From: Geosiphon pyriformis uo1
Taxonomy: Eukaryota > Fungi > Glomeromycota
DNA length: 64,000 nt
NCBI GenBank assembly: GCA_016748015.1
Contig: JAAOMT010000566.1
Coordinates: 62,001 to 126,000 of the forward strand
Reading direction: 5' to 3'
This document shows, in pieces, positions 49,031 through 61,540 of this stretch. The stretch's first letter is position 1, and each line of letters begins with the position of its first letter. Under the pieces are notes generated by a model. That model saw nothing but the letters and a program-made list of their open reading frames with translations, made no database searches and was not told the DNA's origin. The translations under genes were made by a program, and so were the position numbers.

Positions 49031-52000
49031 TTTTTTTTATTTTTTTTATTTTAACGAGTGAGGTCCAAATGCGACCTAATGCTATACATCATACAAATAA
49101 TCTAAACTAGATACAAATCATGCGCTTTCTACACGTGACCAGCCACTCGAGCCAGTCAGGATTACACTATACACTTATATGCACAGAAACTGGATCTCCA
49201 ATACCTGAAAAAAATAGACAAAACTTACGAAACCTGAAACCAACTCCAAAAGCCTCAGCCACCCCCAGCAATCTGACCACACCAGCTGAAAACACCATAG
49301 GCAAACCAGAAATTGAAGCAGGAGCGGAGCCATCACGTGGAATCAAACCATGCCTTTCCATAAATGCTCGGTGTCTGGCCCGGACCAACCAAACATTATC
49401 CCGAAATGCTAGACAAAACCCACGCACAAAGCTCACAATCCTTCTAGCATCTTCCTTAGAATCTTTAAAGACCAAAACAGACTCATGAAATCATTCATCA
49501 AAAACAAAGCCCTTACACAGAGCAACACCAACTCCAACCTCAAAAACACAAGAAGCCAAGGCCTGTAAGACACATGAAAAAGAGCGAGAAAGACCAAAAA
49601 GAGTCTCCCAAGCTGAAGCATGTGCACCCAACAAACAAGCACGGCCAATGGCATCCTGAAGACACGAAAAGACATGATCCGAGGTCTCAACGTCACCACA
49701 AAACAGACAGACCATACTGAGGTATCTCCTATCATATAAACGCTTGCACACAGCAACAGGAAGCTGATGATGGAGAGCCTTCATAAAGTAAGTACAATAG
49801 CCTGCCGTGTGCATGCTGGTAAAACTGGATGCCAAATGAGAATCGGGATGTCATACCATAGAAGACTTAGACCAATTGATATCAGCATGTAAACTATCAT
49901 CCACAACATGAGAACCAACTTTAATCTCCCAACGAGCTCGATGTACTGACTGAAAAACATTACGAACAAAGTGTCTAGAGTTACCAGAAACTGCCGTACC
50001 ATCAGCACATAGAAAACGTTCACTGACTAAATGAGGTAGGTGCCAAGCAGAGAGAGCAGTGCCTTTGGCAAGCATATCAGTATGCTTGTTGTCTGAGACA
50101 CCTGAATGACCTTTTACCTTAACCCAATTCACATCCAAATTCTTTTGACGAATGACAGTGACAATGTGATGACGCTCGATCCAACAGCGGTTCCTGAAAT
50201 CCAGACAAACCAGCAAAGACTCTGACCTGTATGCATCCAAAGCAGCCTGGCTATCCAAGAACAAGTCAATCGAATGAAAAAAAGAAACACACTCAAGGGC
50301 CAAAGCTATGGCTTGCAGTTCTGTCAGAGTAGAAGAAACCAAACCAGACACCTCAACACCCAAACCCAAGTTAATGTTCTCAAAAAAAATGGCAGCACCT
50401 GCTCTCATGTCAACAGTGCCCAGACCAGAAAGAGATCCATCCATATACACAGAAAGGTGGGCAGCATCAATGGTCGGCAAAGTGTCACGAATCACACCAA
50501 AATCATGAGAAAGACGAATATCAGACACAGCATGACCATCCATCAAAGAAAAACTTGAAGAAAGAGGCACAACGCTACCAAGAAAGCGAACGGAAAGATT
50601 AAACCAGAAAGGGACTGGGCCACGAGGGTCCAGCCTCTTCCAATGCCTGAAGGTCCCCCAATTGAAAACATCACCATTACAGTCACAAAGCTGTTCCACA
50701 AAAGCAATTTCATAACGCCTGAGTGAAGAAACGCACTTGAAAAAACAGAATTCACCAAGAACCAAAGACATAGGAGTACCATGCCAACAACGAAAAGCAC
50801 AAGCTAAAGGGCCTCCCAAAAACAAATCACACCCAGAAAAAATGCGAACCACACCCACCAAAAAATTATCCAAGGGACTGATACCAACACGAGCCAGAAA
50901 CAGCAAGGAATGACGAGGATGCCAGCTGAGAACCTGGAGGTCATGAGACTTATGAGAAAACAAGTGACCCAAGACACCAGTAGAATTTGCAAAAGCAACA
51001 ATGGAGGCCGATTTACTCTCAGTCTGGATCTGTTTGAAAGTTTTTAAATTGTACAAAGAGGAGTAATGAAGTGCATCACTGGGAAAATCATGTGGCAATC
51101 CAGACTTAGACTTTAAGACCTTGCATACCAAAGCATCCCATTTATTACAAACACCAACAGAAATGAAACTGAACTGAGTCCTGTAGCTGACAATAGGGAA
51201 AAGAACTGTAGACACCAAATAAGCACACTGTTTGTCTGAAATCGCCTTTCTCAAAACAAGATTCACAAAAAATCGTACATCAGCCTGAGCTTTAGCCAAG
51301 CTAGGCTTTGAAAGACCCTCAGAAGACAAAAAAATACCCAAATAGCGATGAGATTCCCCTCTTTTGGCAATGGAAATAGGTGCACTATTGATAGTTAAAT
51401 GAGGATCCAGCACCCAGCAATTGATGGAGATGGCCACCGTTTTGTCATTGTTTACAGAAATATCGTTAAACCTAAAAAACTCACTAGCAACATCAAGGAT
51501 GTATTGTGTAGCAGCCTGGCTGCTACCAACCCAAATAATATCATCAACAAAAGTGCTGGCAGCAAGAAATGAAGACAGTCCAGCTTGAGGATCCACCCGG
51601 CCAGTTCTTGATATGAAATTAGAATTCAACCTGTAGCCATACACACTATCCTGTCTCTTGACCTCACACAAAAGTGAATCATAAAAAATATGCCAGAGAA
51701 GAGGCGAGAAGACTTCTCCCTGATCCAGCCTATTGTGGACACAATACCCATCAGTCAAGCCAAAGTCAGTCATCACTCTGTTGATGCGACCATTGTGAAT
51801 ACTGCCAAAAAATCTAATAAACCTGTCACACATTTTAATCCTGACTAGACTCCTCCTAAGATGTTCCCAACCCACTGAGTCATAAGCCTTGTGCATGTCC
51901 TATAAAACCAGCCAAAGTTCACGGTTCTTCTCCAAGACATCCTCAACCACAGAACCAATAGCAAAAATGGGAGACTGCATCATCATACCCTTCAAAACCG

Positions 52001-55000
52001 AAAAATTGTCCCCACAAAGAACATCAAAAGTGCTGCAAGCCAAAAAGATCCTATCTGAAAGGATCTTGAAGAAAATCTTGTGGGCCGTTTCAATTAAAGC
52101 TATAGGATGGGTGTTTGTGAGAACACCCTCTTATTCATATAGTTTAGGAATCATCAAAACCCAAGCTTCTCTCCAAGGCCCAGGGACCAACTCACCAACC
52201 AAACAGAAATTCAAGAACACCAAAAGCATATCCAAAACAGATTTGTCACAATGTTTCCATAATTCGTTGGAGATACCAAAAAGACCAGCTGCTTTTCCAT
52301 TAGGAAGATCCTTAACAACAGCTGACAACTCATCAAAACTAATTGAACACATGACATCAGAGAAAGCACCATCGAACACATAATTCAGAGGCCAATATTG
52401 ACGAGCCCAATCCTCAGACAAATCAGACACCACCTCACATTTTCTGGTTCATCCCTCCATAATTTCGTTCACCTTAGACTTAACCAACACAGGCTCTAAA
52501 ATCAACTCATCTTCTACAACCAAATGATCTAGAACCACCTTGCAAAAAGGATGCTCCAAAAACACTCCTAATAGTGTGACCCTTGTTCAGCTCAAAACTT
52601 TCCATCCTCTTACCAATAGCCTGCTTGATCGAGGATTTCTCAGCACGCTTGGATTCCACTAATTTGAAGGAGTGGTATGATTTTCTTGCCTTGGCCAGTG
52701 CAGAACAAATAAGATCAAAACTAGAACCTGAAAGAAACAGAGACTTAACCGCTGATGCACCAGGGGAGTCGAGTCTGTGCCACACCTCCAACAAAGAAGC
52801 AAAACCATCACTAGAAGCCAAATGCGAAGCCTTGACCAGCTTAGAAACCAGCAGCTCCAGCTTGTGAAACCTAGAAGAAGTCTTGGTAAACACGCCATCA
52901 AAACCTTTGAACCATTTTTTTTTAAATGTACCACCTGCTGAAAGAACCATAATCTTGTGAACAATGTCCCACATAGTGTTCACATCAGAAAATCTTACTG
53001 CCACACCAAAAGCATCTGAGAACATAGAGACATTAGCAGCTGAGGCATCCCTGAACTCCAACCACTTAGCTTTACTGGCACTATTGATGTCAAACTTCCA
53101 ATGGTCTTTATTCGCTTGCTTGTGAAGAGAATTCAAACGCATATCCAAGAGCCTGCCCAAACCCAAATCCACTGAAACAGCCTGATGGTCTGTGTCAAAA
53201 TGCTCACTGACATTCAAAACTTCACGACACACTATTGCATTGACAAGATTCGAGGAGACAAACACATAATCAATTGTTTTCTTAACACCCCTAGAATTTT
53301 CCCAAGTGGGCATTTTTGCAGCTGGGCTACCAACTAAAGAATTGACCAGACCCAAATCAAAGCATCTTTTGAAACTCGCATTTTTATGAGAGCCGTCTTC
53401 ATTGAAATCGCCCCCAAGAATAATGAAAGAAGATTCGTTGACAGCCTTCACAATGAGAGAATTAATCTCACCAGCCTGAGAGAACCAAACCACCGAAGAA
53501 GCACCAGCATAAAGCCCCAAAATTGACACAGAAAGTTTACCTTCGAAAAGTAATTTAATGGAAAGGAGCCGACCAGGCACCTCAGAAACCTTGCACACAT
53601 GACGAGCCAAAGAAATGTCTATGATAACAGCAACACCCGCACCCAAGTGACCAGAGTCCAAACCAGAAGTGAACACTTGGATACCATTGAACTTGTCTGC
53701 AATCCACAGATGAACCCTACTTCTTAATTTCGTTTCAGTAACAATAGAGACCAAATTGTTCATTTCCTTATGCCACCTAATAATGTCCTCTTGCTTAGCA
53801 GGATTGTTCATGCCCCTGACGTTGCACATAGCAACTTTTCAGACTAAACTGCTCATTGGGTAAGGGATAGAGACACTGAAAGCACACCTATACTATCCAC
53901 TTTGGCCGAAAAGCCCAGAACCGTCTCCATTAAACACTTCATGCTGTCTTCCAGCTTAGACACCGAAGATACATCAAAAGACACTGCTCCCGCGACATTC
54001 CCACCACTAGTGGACACACTTGAACTCTCACTCATCACTACATTTGCCTCTTGATCCTGTGATGAAGGGGTCACCAACGGCTGACATCCAGGGCTAGGCT
54101 GGGGAACCATTGGCCCAAGTGCATTCAATTTCTTAGCCAGCTTACCAACTTGCTCCGCGAGGCTGGCGAGATTGCACTCAAGAGCAGCGAACCTATTGTT
54201 GACTTCCATCGCCACCTGTAGGGATGGCTTCATCTCCAAAAAGGAGCCATTATTTATCACAATGTTCTGATCAGAGAAAGGGGGCAAAGAACACCCGCAA
54301 GCAACCTTTGCCCAAGAGAGACCACCAAAAAAGACCAGACGGGCGACTGGAGCCGAGCGTTTGGCATAGATGGTTGCTAGCCTGCTTTTATCCGTATCCG
54401 AGAAAACCCTACGCAGCGAACTACCAGAAGATAATTTCCCACCAACTGCACAACCCAATGACGTGTGACCCAATTTCTCATACTTGGCGCATTTAGCAAA
54501 AATGAGGCAAGACCAGCGGAGATTGGTGTTCCTGAGTACTGGTGTGGTTTCCACAGCAGCATCCAATAATTCAGCAGAGTCGAAACAAACAATAGCACAC
54601 CTGGTCCGAGCATACATAACAAAATGATAATCAATGACACAAGTTTTTCCACCCACAAATCTAACAAAGTCTCAGATATTATGAGTGGTGGTCCCCATCG
54701 GCAATGTGTAGAGCAGCGCCTTATGTTGGTCCCTCACATCCCACGCTTCCTTGTCTGAATCAGCCCTAGCCACACATACAGCATCTTTCCCGATTAAGAT
54801 GGACCACTTAGCTGCGGCCAAATCAGCTTGATCCGATCATTCGAATTCCACCATTGCCTTCTGCCACAGCCCGATCAACTGTATCTTGATCGCCTTAATA
54901 ACTCCAAACTCGGATAGCACAGCGCGCACAGCCTCAGCTGATGTTCCAACTGGAATTTTTTTCACAACCACAGCCTGATCTGATCGCCCAGATAATTTTT

Positions 55001-55790
55001 TAAGATCAGTGTTTACCATGATATTCGCACCAGTAGCCTTTTCAGTGGCCTTTATTAGACCTGATTCGGAAGTGAATGTCGCTCTGATGATCCCTGAGAA
55101 TTTTAAGGGGGTAGATGCCCCCCCAAAACCATTAATTCCAGAAAATAAACCCCTGATCTTCTTGAGCTTCTTCTGGGCCGAATTTCTTTCTACCACTTTC
55201 AGATCCAAATTCAAAGCAAATGACTTCCTAACCAAAACATTGACCAGGTTCTTAAGAGGAAGGGGAAGTACCAGAGAGGCATTCAGAAAAACATCATTGT
55301 TATTATTGTCATTCAGGAAGTCGATCTTTCCCAAAGGTTTACCCAATGCTTTCCTAGTTGTCAACCGTGAACCTTTCGGCGTTTGATCCAAATCTCCACC
55401 AACGAGTACACCACCTTCATCATAATCGAAACTTGTCTCCTTAACAAGACATTCCTCTTCCATATCAACACTGTCAGATTCTGTGGTATCATCAGTCTCC
55501 AAACCCCATGAACGACCACTATGCACTCTAGCAGAACTCTCTTCAGCACCAGCATTGTTCTCAAGAACACTGCCTCTTCTCTTTTTCCTTGACAGAACAG
55601 CCTTGAAACCACCCTCAGAGCCAGAACTTTTAACCATCTGTTTCATGACAGCAATACTAGGGCCAACAATGGCCTCGTAATCAAGCAGAAATGATTTGAA
55701 TTTATCATACTGAATGGTAAAAAACTTCTTTCAAGAAACTTTTGACTCTTTTTTTTAGGATTTGTGGAGGAACGAGAGAAAGAAGTTTTT
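49031..55790 (-). mobile_element. Near full-length non-LTR retrotransposon (LINE) with ORF1 and ORF2 (APE endonuclease, RT, RNase H, C-terminal Cys/His motif); mildly pseudogenised
   Basis: ORF1 about 55646-53853 with knuckle CAK(Y)EKLGHTSLGC. ORF2 53856-49167: CNVRG, VTETKL, ILGGDFN, TIDYVF, TDH (APE); KAYDSV, QGEVFSPLLW, FVDD, YLGIFL (RT); YMDGS, ELQAI, DSQAA, VKGHSG (RNase H); CLFC..DHVFSC. Decayed poly(A) at 49031-49052. Confidence 0.93.
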
Positions 55791-56904
55791 TTTTTTATAA
55801 TATTATATATATTTATTAAGAATAATTAAAAAATATATTATTTGTTTTGAATTAAGAGTTAGTTATATGTTTTTTAACAATATAATTAAAAATAAAAGTA
55901 TTTAAAAATATTAACAAATTATTTTATAATATTGTATAATAAATATAAATAAATAAATAAATATATATATATATTAAAACGTAATTAATTTTGGTTTTAT
56001 AATAAATAATAAATAATAAAAAACAAATTAAATTAAATAATATAATTAAATATAAATTTGTTTTTAATTTTGAAAACATATTGTTATTGTTATTATTATT
56101 TGAACCAAAAAAATATTGTTAATTATATATTAAATTAAAACTAATTGTTTTTATTAATATAATAAATATAAAAGTATTAAAAAAAAGCTGGCTTAAAAAC
56201 TGTTTTTATTATCAAAAAAGCTTTTTTTTGATTGTTGTTTTCTTAATTATAATAACAAAAACAATGGTTATTTTGTTTTAACTATAAACATAAATTTACA
56301 AAATTAAAAACAAAATTTTATTTTTATTTATTTTTTAATAAATTTAAATTATTTTAAACATATTATATTTTTTTTATTTATTGTATTATTTTTGAATGTT
56401 TGATTCAAAAAAAATATTTTTTAAGTTTATCTATTTTTAAAACATATTTAAATTATAATATAATAATGTTTATTTTAAATTTTATTTTATTTGATTGAAA
56501 AACCATTATTATGTTTATGCACAATTATAAAATATTCTGTTTAATATTTTCTTTTTTTTTGTCAAGATTCTAAAATCTTTTTTTAAAAGTTGTAACTTAT
56601 AAATAATGAAATAATGTAAAAGTGTTAATTGCTTCTTTCAATACAATTAATTAATGAGGCATACAGATTTCGAAGAAATTTTAAAATTTTCTAATCTTTA
56701 TAATCAGTATAGATTCTTAATTTTCTACACATATGTTTTATCTCTAAATCAAGTGACTGGAATATTTATTGACAATCATATAGGTATACTAATTAACGGC
56801 AGAACATTCATCAAGTTTTATTATTTTATTTATTTATTTATTTATTTTATATTCCGTCTTTAAAATCAAAATTTCTAATAGAAATCAATAATTTTGAATC
56901 ACTG

Positions 56905-56955
<51 letters not shown>
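56905..56955. repeat. (AAT)n microsatellite followed by GAA and AATAAAT repeats
   Basis: Directly visible. Confidence 0.95.
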
Positions 56956-56956
<1 letters not shown>

Positions 56957-59211
56957 GAAGAAAGAAGAAGAAGAATAATAATAATAAATAATAAATAATA
57001 AATAATAAATACTAAATATTTCTAAAACGAAAATCAAAAATTTAAAAACCCATTGTAATGAACATCGGTGTCTTTTAGACGGAAATTTTCTCACACTTTT
57101 TTTGATTAGTTTTGAAAGTTCGGTTCAATTCAAATAATTACATAATCTGATTTTTTTGACAGATTTGTAACACATTGGCTATCAGTTATATGGTATTAAC
57201 TATATATTGCCGGAGAACGTGCACTGAGACACATTTTGACAGCACACGTGAGTAATATGCATATGCAAAAAGAAGAACAAGGGACCATGACAGCCAATAT
57301 GACATCAAGCATAAATAATACAGAATAAATGCTAGAAAAGCGAAAATTTAAGAAAGAGGCTTTTTGTATGGATGGGGATGGGGATGGGGATGGGGAGGGG
57401 GTATTTTTTTGTATGGTGTTACTTTAATTGAAATCTATACCTTTTCAGGCAAGAGTTTTTTTTTTTTTACCTTTTTTTTACCCCACTTTTTTTCTCGTTT
57501 TTCATGCTAGTTTTTATTTTTTATTATTTTTTTTTTTTACAAGACCCTGTCAAAAAAAAAAAAAACGTTTCGTGTAAGCTTATGAAAATTCAAAATTTCA
57601 GCGAACTGTTTAATCGATATCTTTCTTCCTAAATATATAAACCATTTAATCAAAATTTTCTATTTCGTGAGTATAATAATGGTTGAACAAGAAATATTAC
57701 TTTTTTGTTTTGTGGGAAAAAAAAATTTGATAACTGGGTTTTTTTTTTGACATTCAAATAAAGTTTCTTCGTTTATAGTTTGAAAAAACCTGGGTGAAGT
57801 TGAAAACAAAATAATTAGATTTTCCGAAAAGTAAAAACAAATACAAAGAAAAATCAAAATAAATAAACATCCAAAATGAAATATATATATATATATATAT
57901 ATCATAATTGATAAACATCAAAGTATTTGGTAAATTAAGTCACATGCACTCATCTTACTTACCTCAGATGAAAAAGTGAAAAAAAGTGAAAAAGTGAAAA
58001 AGTGAAAAAAAAAAGTTTCAAAACTGTAATAGACCGATTGGAAATTTTGAGAGACAGACTGTGGGAAAGAAAAAATCGGTGAAATACGGAAATTCGATGC
58101 AATGACCATAACACTAAAATCCTAAACAGGATTAAAGACAAGAAAAAAGAAAAAAAGAAAAAAGAAAAAAAAATAAGCTACTTGGGTATGGTTGAATGAT
58201 GATGATGATATTTGATAAGATTATCAAACAAGAATTGAAAGTTACGTTTCTCAAATGAAATTCATCCAAATCTGGATTAACATTCCAATAATATTAATCC
58301 CTGTCTGTCAACTCAAAAAAAAAAAAACCTTCAGCCAAATATTCTAATCTCTCAAAATCAGTTTCACAAACATATGAAAAAAGTTTTCTGCTTTATGGGT
58401 CGTGGTGTAACTAGCTTGCATGAGCAAAAGAGGAAGCCCTTTCCACAATACTTTACTTTTACCTGTTGTGAAACCCCCCATACATCATTCTACTATTTAA
58501 ATTAGTAAATATATATATATATATATATATATTTATTTATTTACTAATTTAAAATAGTCTCACGCACATAAATCTACAGAGTATCTCAATTTCATCAATT
58601 ATGCGCTGATATTCGCGTTTTGTAATTCCGTCGTTCTTTTTACTTTATTTTATTGTAGTTGAATTCACAACCTACAAAAATAATAATTAAATCGTCTTGA
58701 ATTTAACAACTTATATAAAAAAAACTTACTTTATTCTCGCTCAAAAATCTTTCTTACTTGTCTAGTCATCTAAAATTTTTTTAAATCATATAAATAAATT
58801 TTTTTTTTCCTCACCGTTTAAGGAAATTTTTCAAAGTTATCCAAATCTTTTTTATTGATCTTGACTGATAAAAACCCGGCGTCACCGATGAAGTTTCTGC
58901 CACTTTTTTAACAATCCCATTCTTGTAATTTTTTCTATTTTTCGCACGGATTATTCTTTAGGGAAATTCTTTTATCTTCTACGCGTTCATTCATCTTTGA
59001 TTTTCAAAAAAAAAAAAAAAAAAAAAAACGCGAGACGTGTTTCTTTATGATAAACCATTTTTTTACCTTTAAAACTTCGTTTGCTGAAAAACAAAAAGTC
59101 TTTTCAAATAGATAGTAGACGCGACAAAGACGCGACTTTTTTTCGTACTTAATCAAGTCGAAATAAACGAACAGTCGATAATATTATACGCGTCAAAAAT
59201 TCATTCATAAT

Positions 59212-60232
59212 ATGGATAATTCTTCTTCTACTTTTCCCAAATCTTCCCAACAACAACAACAACAACAACAACAACTACTATTACTACAACAAATCTCAAA
59301 TCAAAAATACTTTTTCCCTCCTGCAATGAGTCAACAACCTCAGATTTATGAGGAACAAGCATTTGAACATCGTTATAATCAATTTATTGCCAGTAATAAC
59401 AATCTTGATACTTTGTTAAACGCGATAGAAGTTGAGCCTATCAGTTTAAGCCCGAAAAAATTACCCAAATTTACAAATCTTCAACAATTCCAAGACAACT
59501 CTTTTTTCAATCAAGATTTCAAAAATAAAAATTTTAAAAAAAGGGAACTACAATCTAATTTGAATCATCTACAGAAACAACTTCAAGAATCAAATCAACA
59601 AGATTCATTATTATTATTAGAACAAAACCCTCAGATCAATAATAGACTCTTACCTCCACCAGCTTCCGTCGCAACAACTTCACTCATTTCATCCGCCACA
59701 ATGTCAATTGCATCATTAATTGAAGTTGAAAATCAACAATTAAACAAAAATTCGGAAATCCATCACAGTATAAATCCTTCTTCTTGTGCAACAACACCTT
59801 CTCTTTCACCTCCACCCTCAAATCCTATAACCCCAAAAGATACCTTAAATGGTTTATCCTTTTCCAATTTAACCCTTCCTTCTGTTCCAATGTCTTTCTC
59901 CTCAACAAATGATTCGATTTCTTTACCAAGACTTTCTGGTCTCCCTTCTACTCAAGGCAATGTTTTTCTCAATACATTTTCTTTACCTAGTGTGAACCAA
60001 GCTGTTGGTGATGTTGATCGTACAAGGTGTTCACCTCCACCATCAGCTAACTCACCACCTCCATTGATCACCTCTTCCAATAAACGCAAATGGGACTCTG
60101 ATGACGAGATACGTGTAGCAAAAATTCATCGATCAATGGTTCAACCTAACATGATTCGATCAGAAGAATCTTGTCTACCCAATATTTCTATCATCAAAAT
60201 TGAACCTCAACTTTCATTAAATTCACCTTTCA

Positions 60233-60269
<37 letters not shown>

Positions 60270-61540
60270 TCAACAACAACAACAACAACAGCAAACACAC
60301 CAATCCCAACTTACTTCTGACTCTTTTCAAATGACATCTATAACTTGTCTGCATGCGTCTGTCGCTCAGAAATCTTATGGAAGTGAAAAAAGGTTCCTAT
60401 GTCCACCACCAGTTGTCATCGTTAACCAACCTAATCCCAGTTTAAATGGAAAACCTGAATTAGCAATGTCTGTAGTTTGTGAAACTGGTGATCGATCAAT
60501 GGAACAAAAAACAATGTTAGATGAAAATATGAAAGGTACTTTCAAGTATCTACATGTCAGTGGAACTGCAAAAGCCAAACAATTCGCCTTAAAATTAAAA
60601 GTCTTCAATAAGAATTCCACAATTCCATATGCCACGTTTGATTCCGGTCCAGTTACTATTATATCTAAACCTTCGAAAAAGACTGCAAAAACTAGAAATG
60701 TTTCTTCTTGCATCTTATCCGGTTCACCAATTTCCTTGTTCAATCGTATCAATTCTCAGACAGTTCGTACGAAATATATGGGAATTGAAGCTGGTCATTT
60801 ATGCGCTAAAAATTCTTCCTGGGCACCTTTCATCATTACTGTTATCAGCAGTCCAACTCCTATTTTACCGGCTCCAATTACGAAATCAAACAACAAATCT
60901 TCTCCCAATGCTGCCATCACCACCAATTCCGGGGCATCTCCAATAACTTATGGATCTGAAATCATTATCACCGATCCTATCACTCGTGTTTCATCTGATC
61001 GTTTGATAATACGCAAAGTTGAAAAAGGACGTATCGCTCAAGGAGCTTTTGGTCCAGTTAGTCAAATGCAAAAGATTGCTTTAGAACGGGTTGGTACAAA
61101 CGGACAAAATGCCTATTACTTAAGTGCAGCTGGTCCGATTTCTATGGATAGTCCTCAATCACAAGATCAATGTACAGTTAGTGGTGCTTCCCCTTATCTC
61201 GGTTATCAACCTTCAAGAGTTGTACATATGCAAACTGTCGGTTCTTCCAAAATGGAAATCGATCCATTCCTTATCAACATGCAAAATGGCTCAACTGTTA
61301 GCGATGTAATTTCTTCTTCAATTGTTGAAGAAGTTGATGATTACTTATGTTGGACTATCGTTGGAATTTGTAAGTATCAATCTTGATTAAAAATTGCTTT
61401 TTCAATTAAATTGATTATTGATATCATATTAATGAAGATTTCCTTAATAATTCATCATCTAAGCTCAATTCAATTGCACCTATTTCGAATCCTATCCAAA
61501 TTCTCATTCATCATCTGCCCCTCCTTCTCAAACTCATTGA
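59212..61540 (+). CDS. Fungal CSL-family (LAG-1/RBP-J/Cbf11-Cbf12 type) transcription factor, about 744 aa; exons 59212-61369 and 61464-61540
   Basis: Low-complexity poly-Q/S N-terminus; LHASVAQKSYGSEKRFLCPPP, FKYLHVS, IISKPSKK (N-terminal DNA-binding domain); ISLFNRINSQTVRTKY, ITYGSEI, LIIRKVE, PVSQMQKIAL, CWTIVGI|SQFNCTYFE (beta-trefoil). GTAAGT..AG intron in phase; TGA at 61538-61540. Confidence 0.9.

Noticed and set aside
49120-55680. Plus-strand ORFs across the LINE
   Set aside because: Antisense shadows of ORF1/ORF2 with no independent motifs.
55800-56620. Ultra AT-rich tract, probably another decayed element
   Set aside because: Too degraded to assign.
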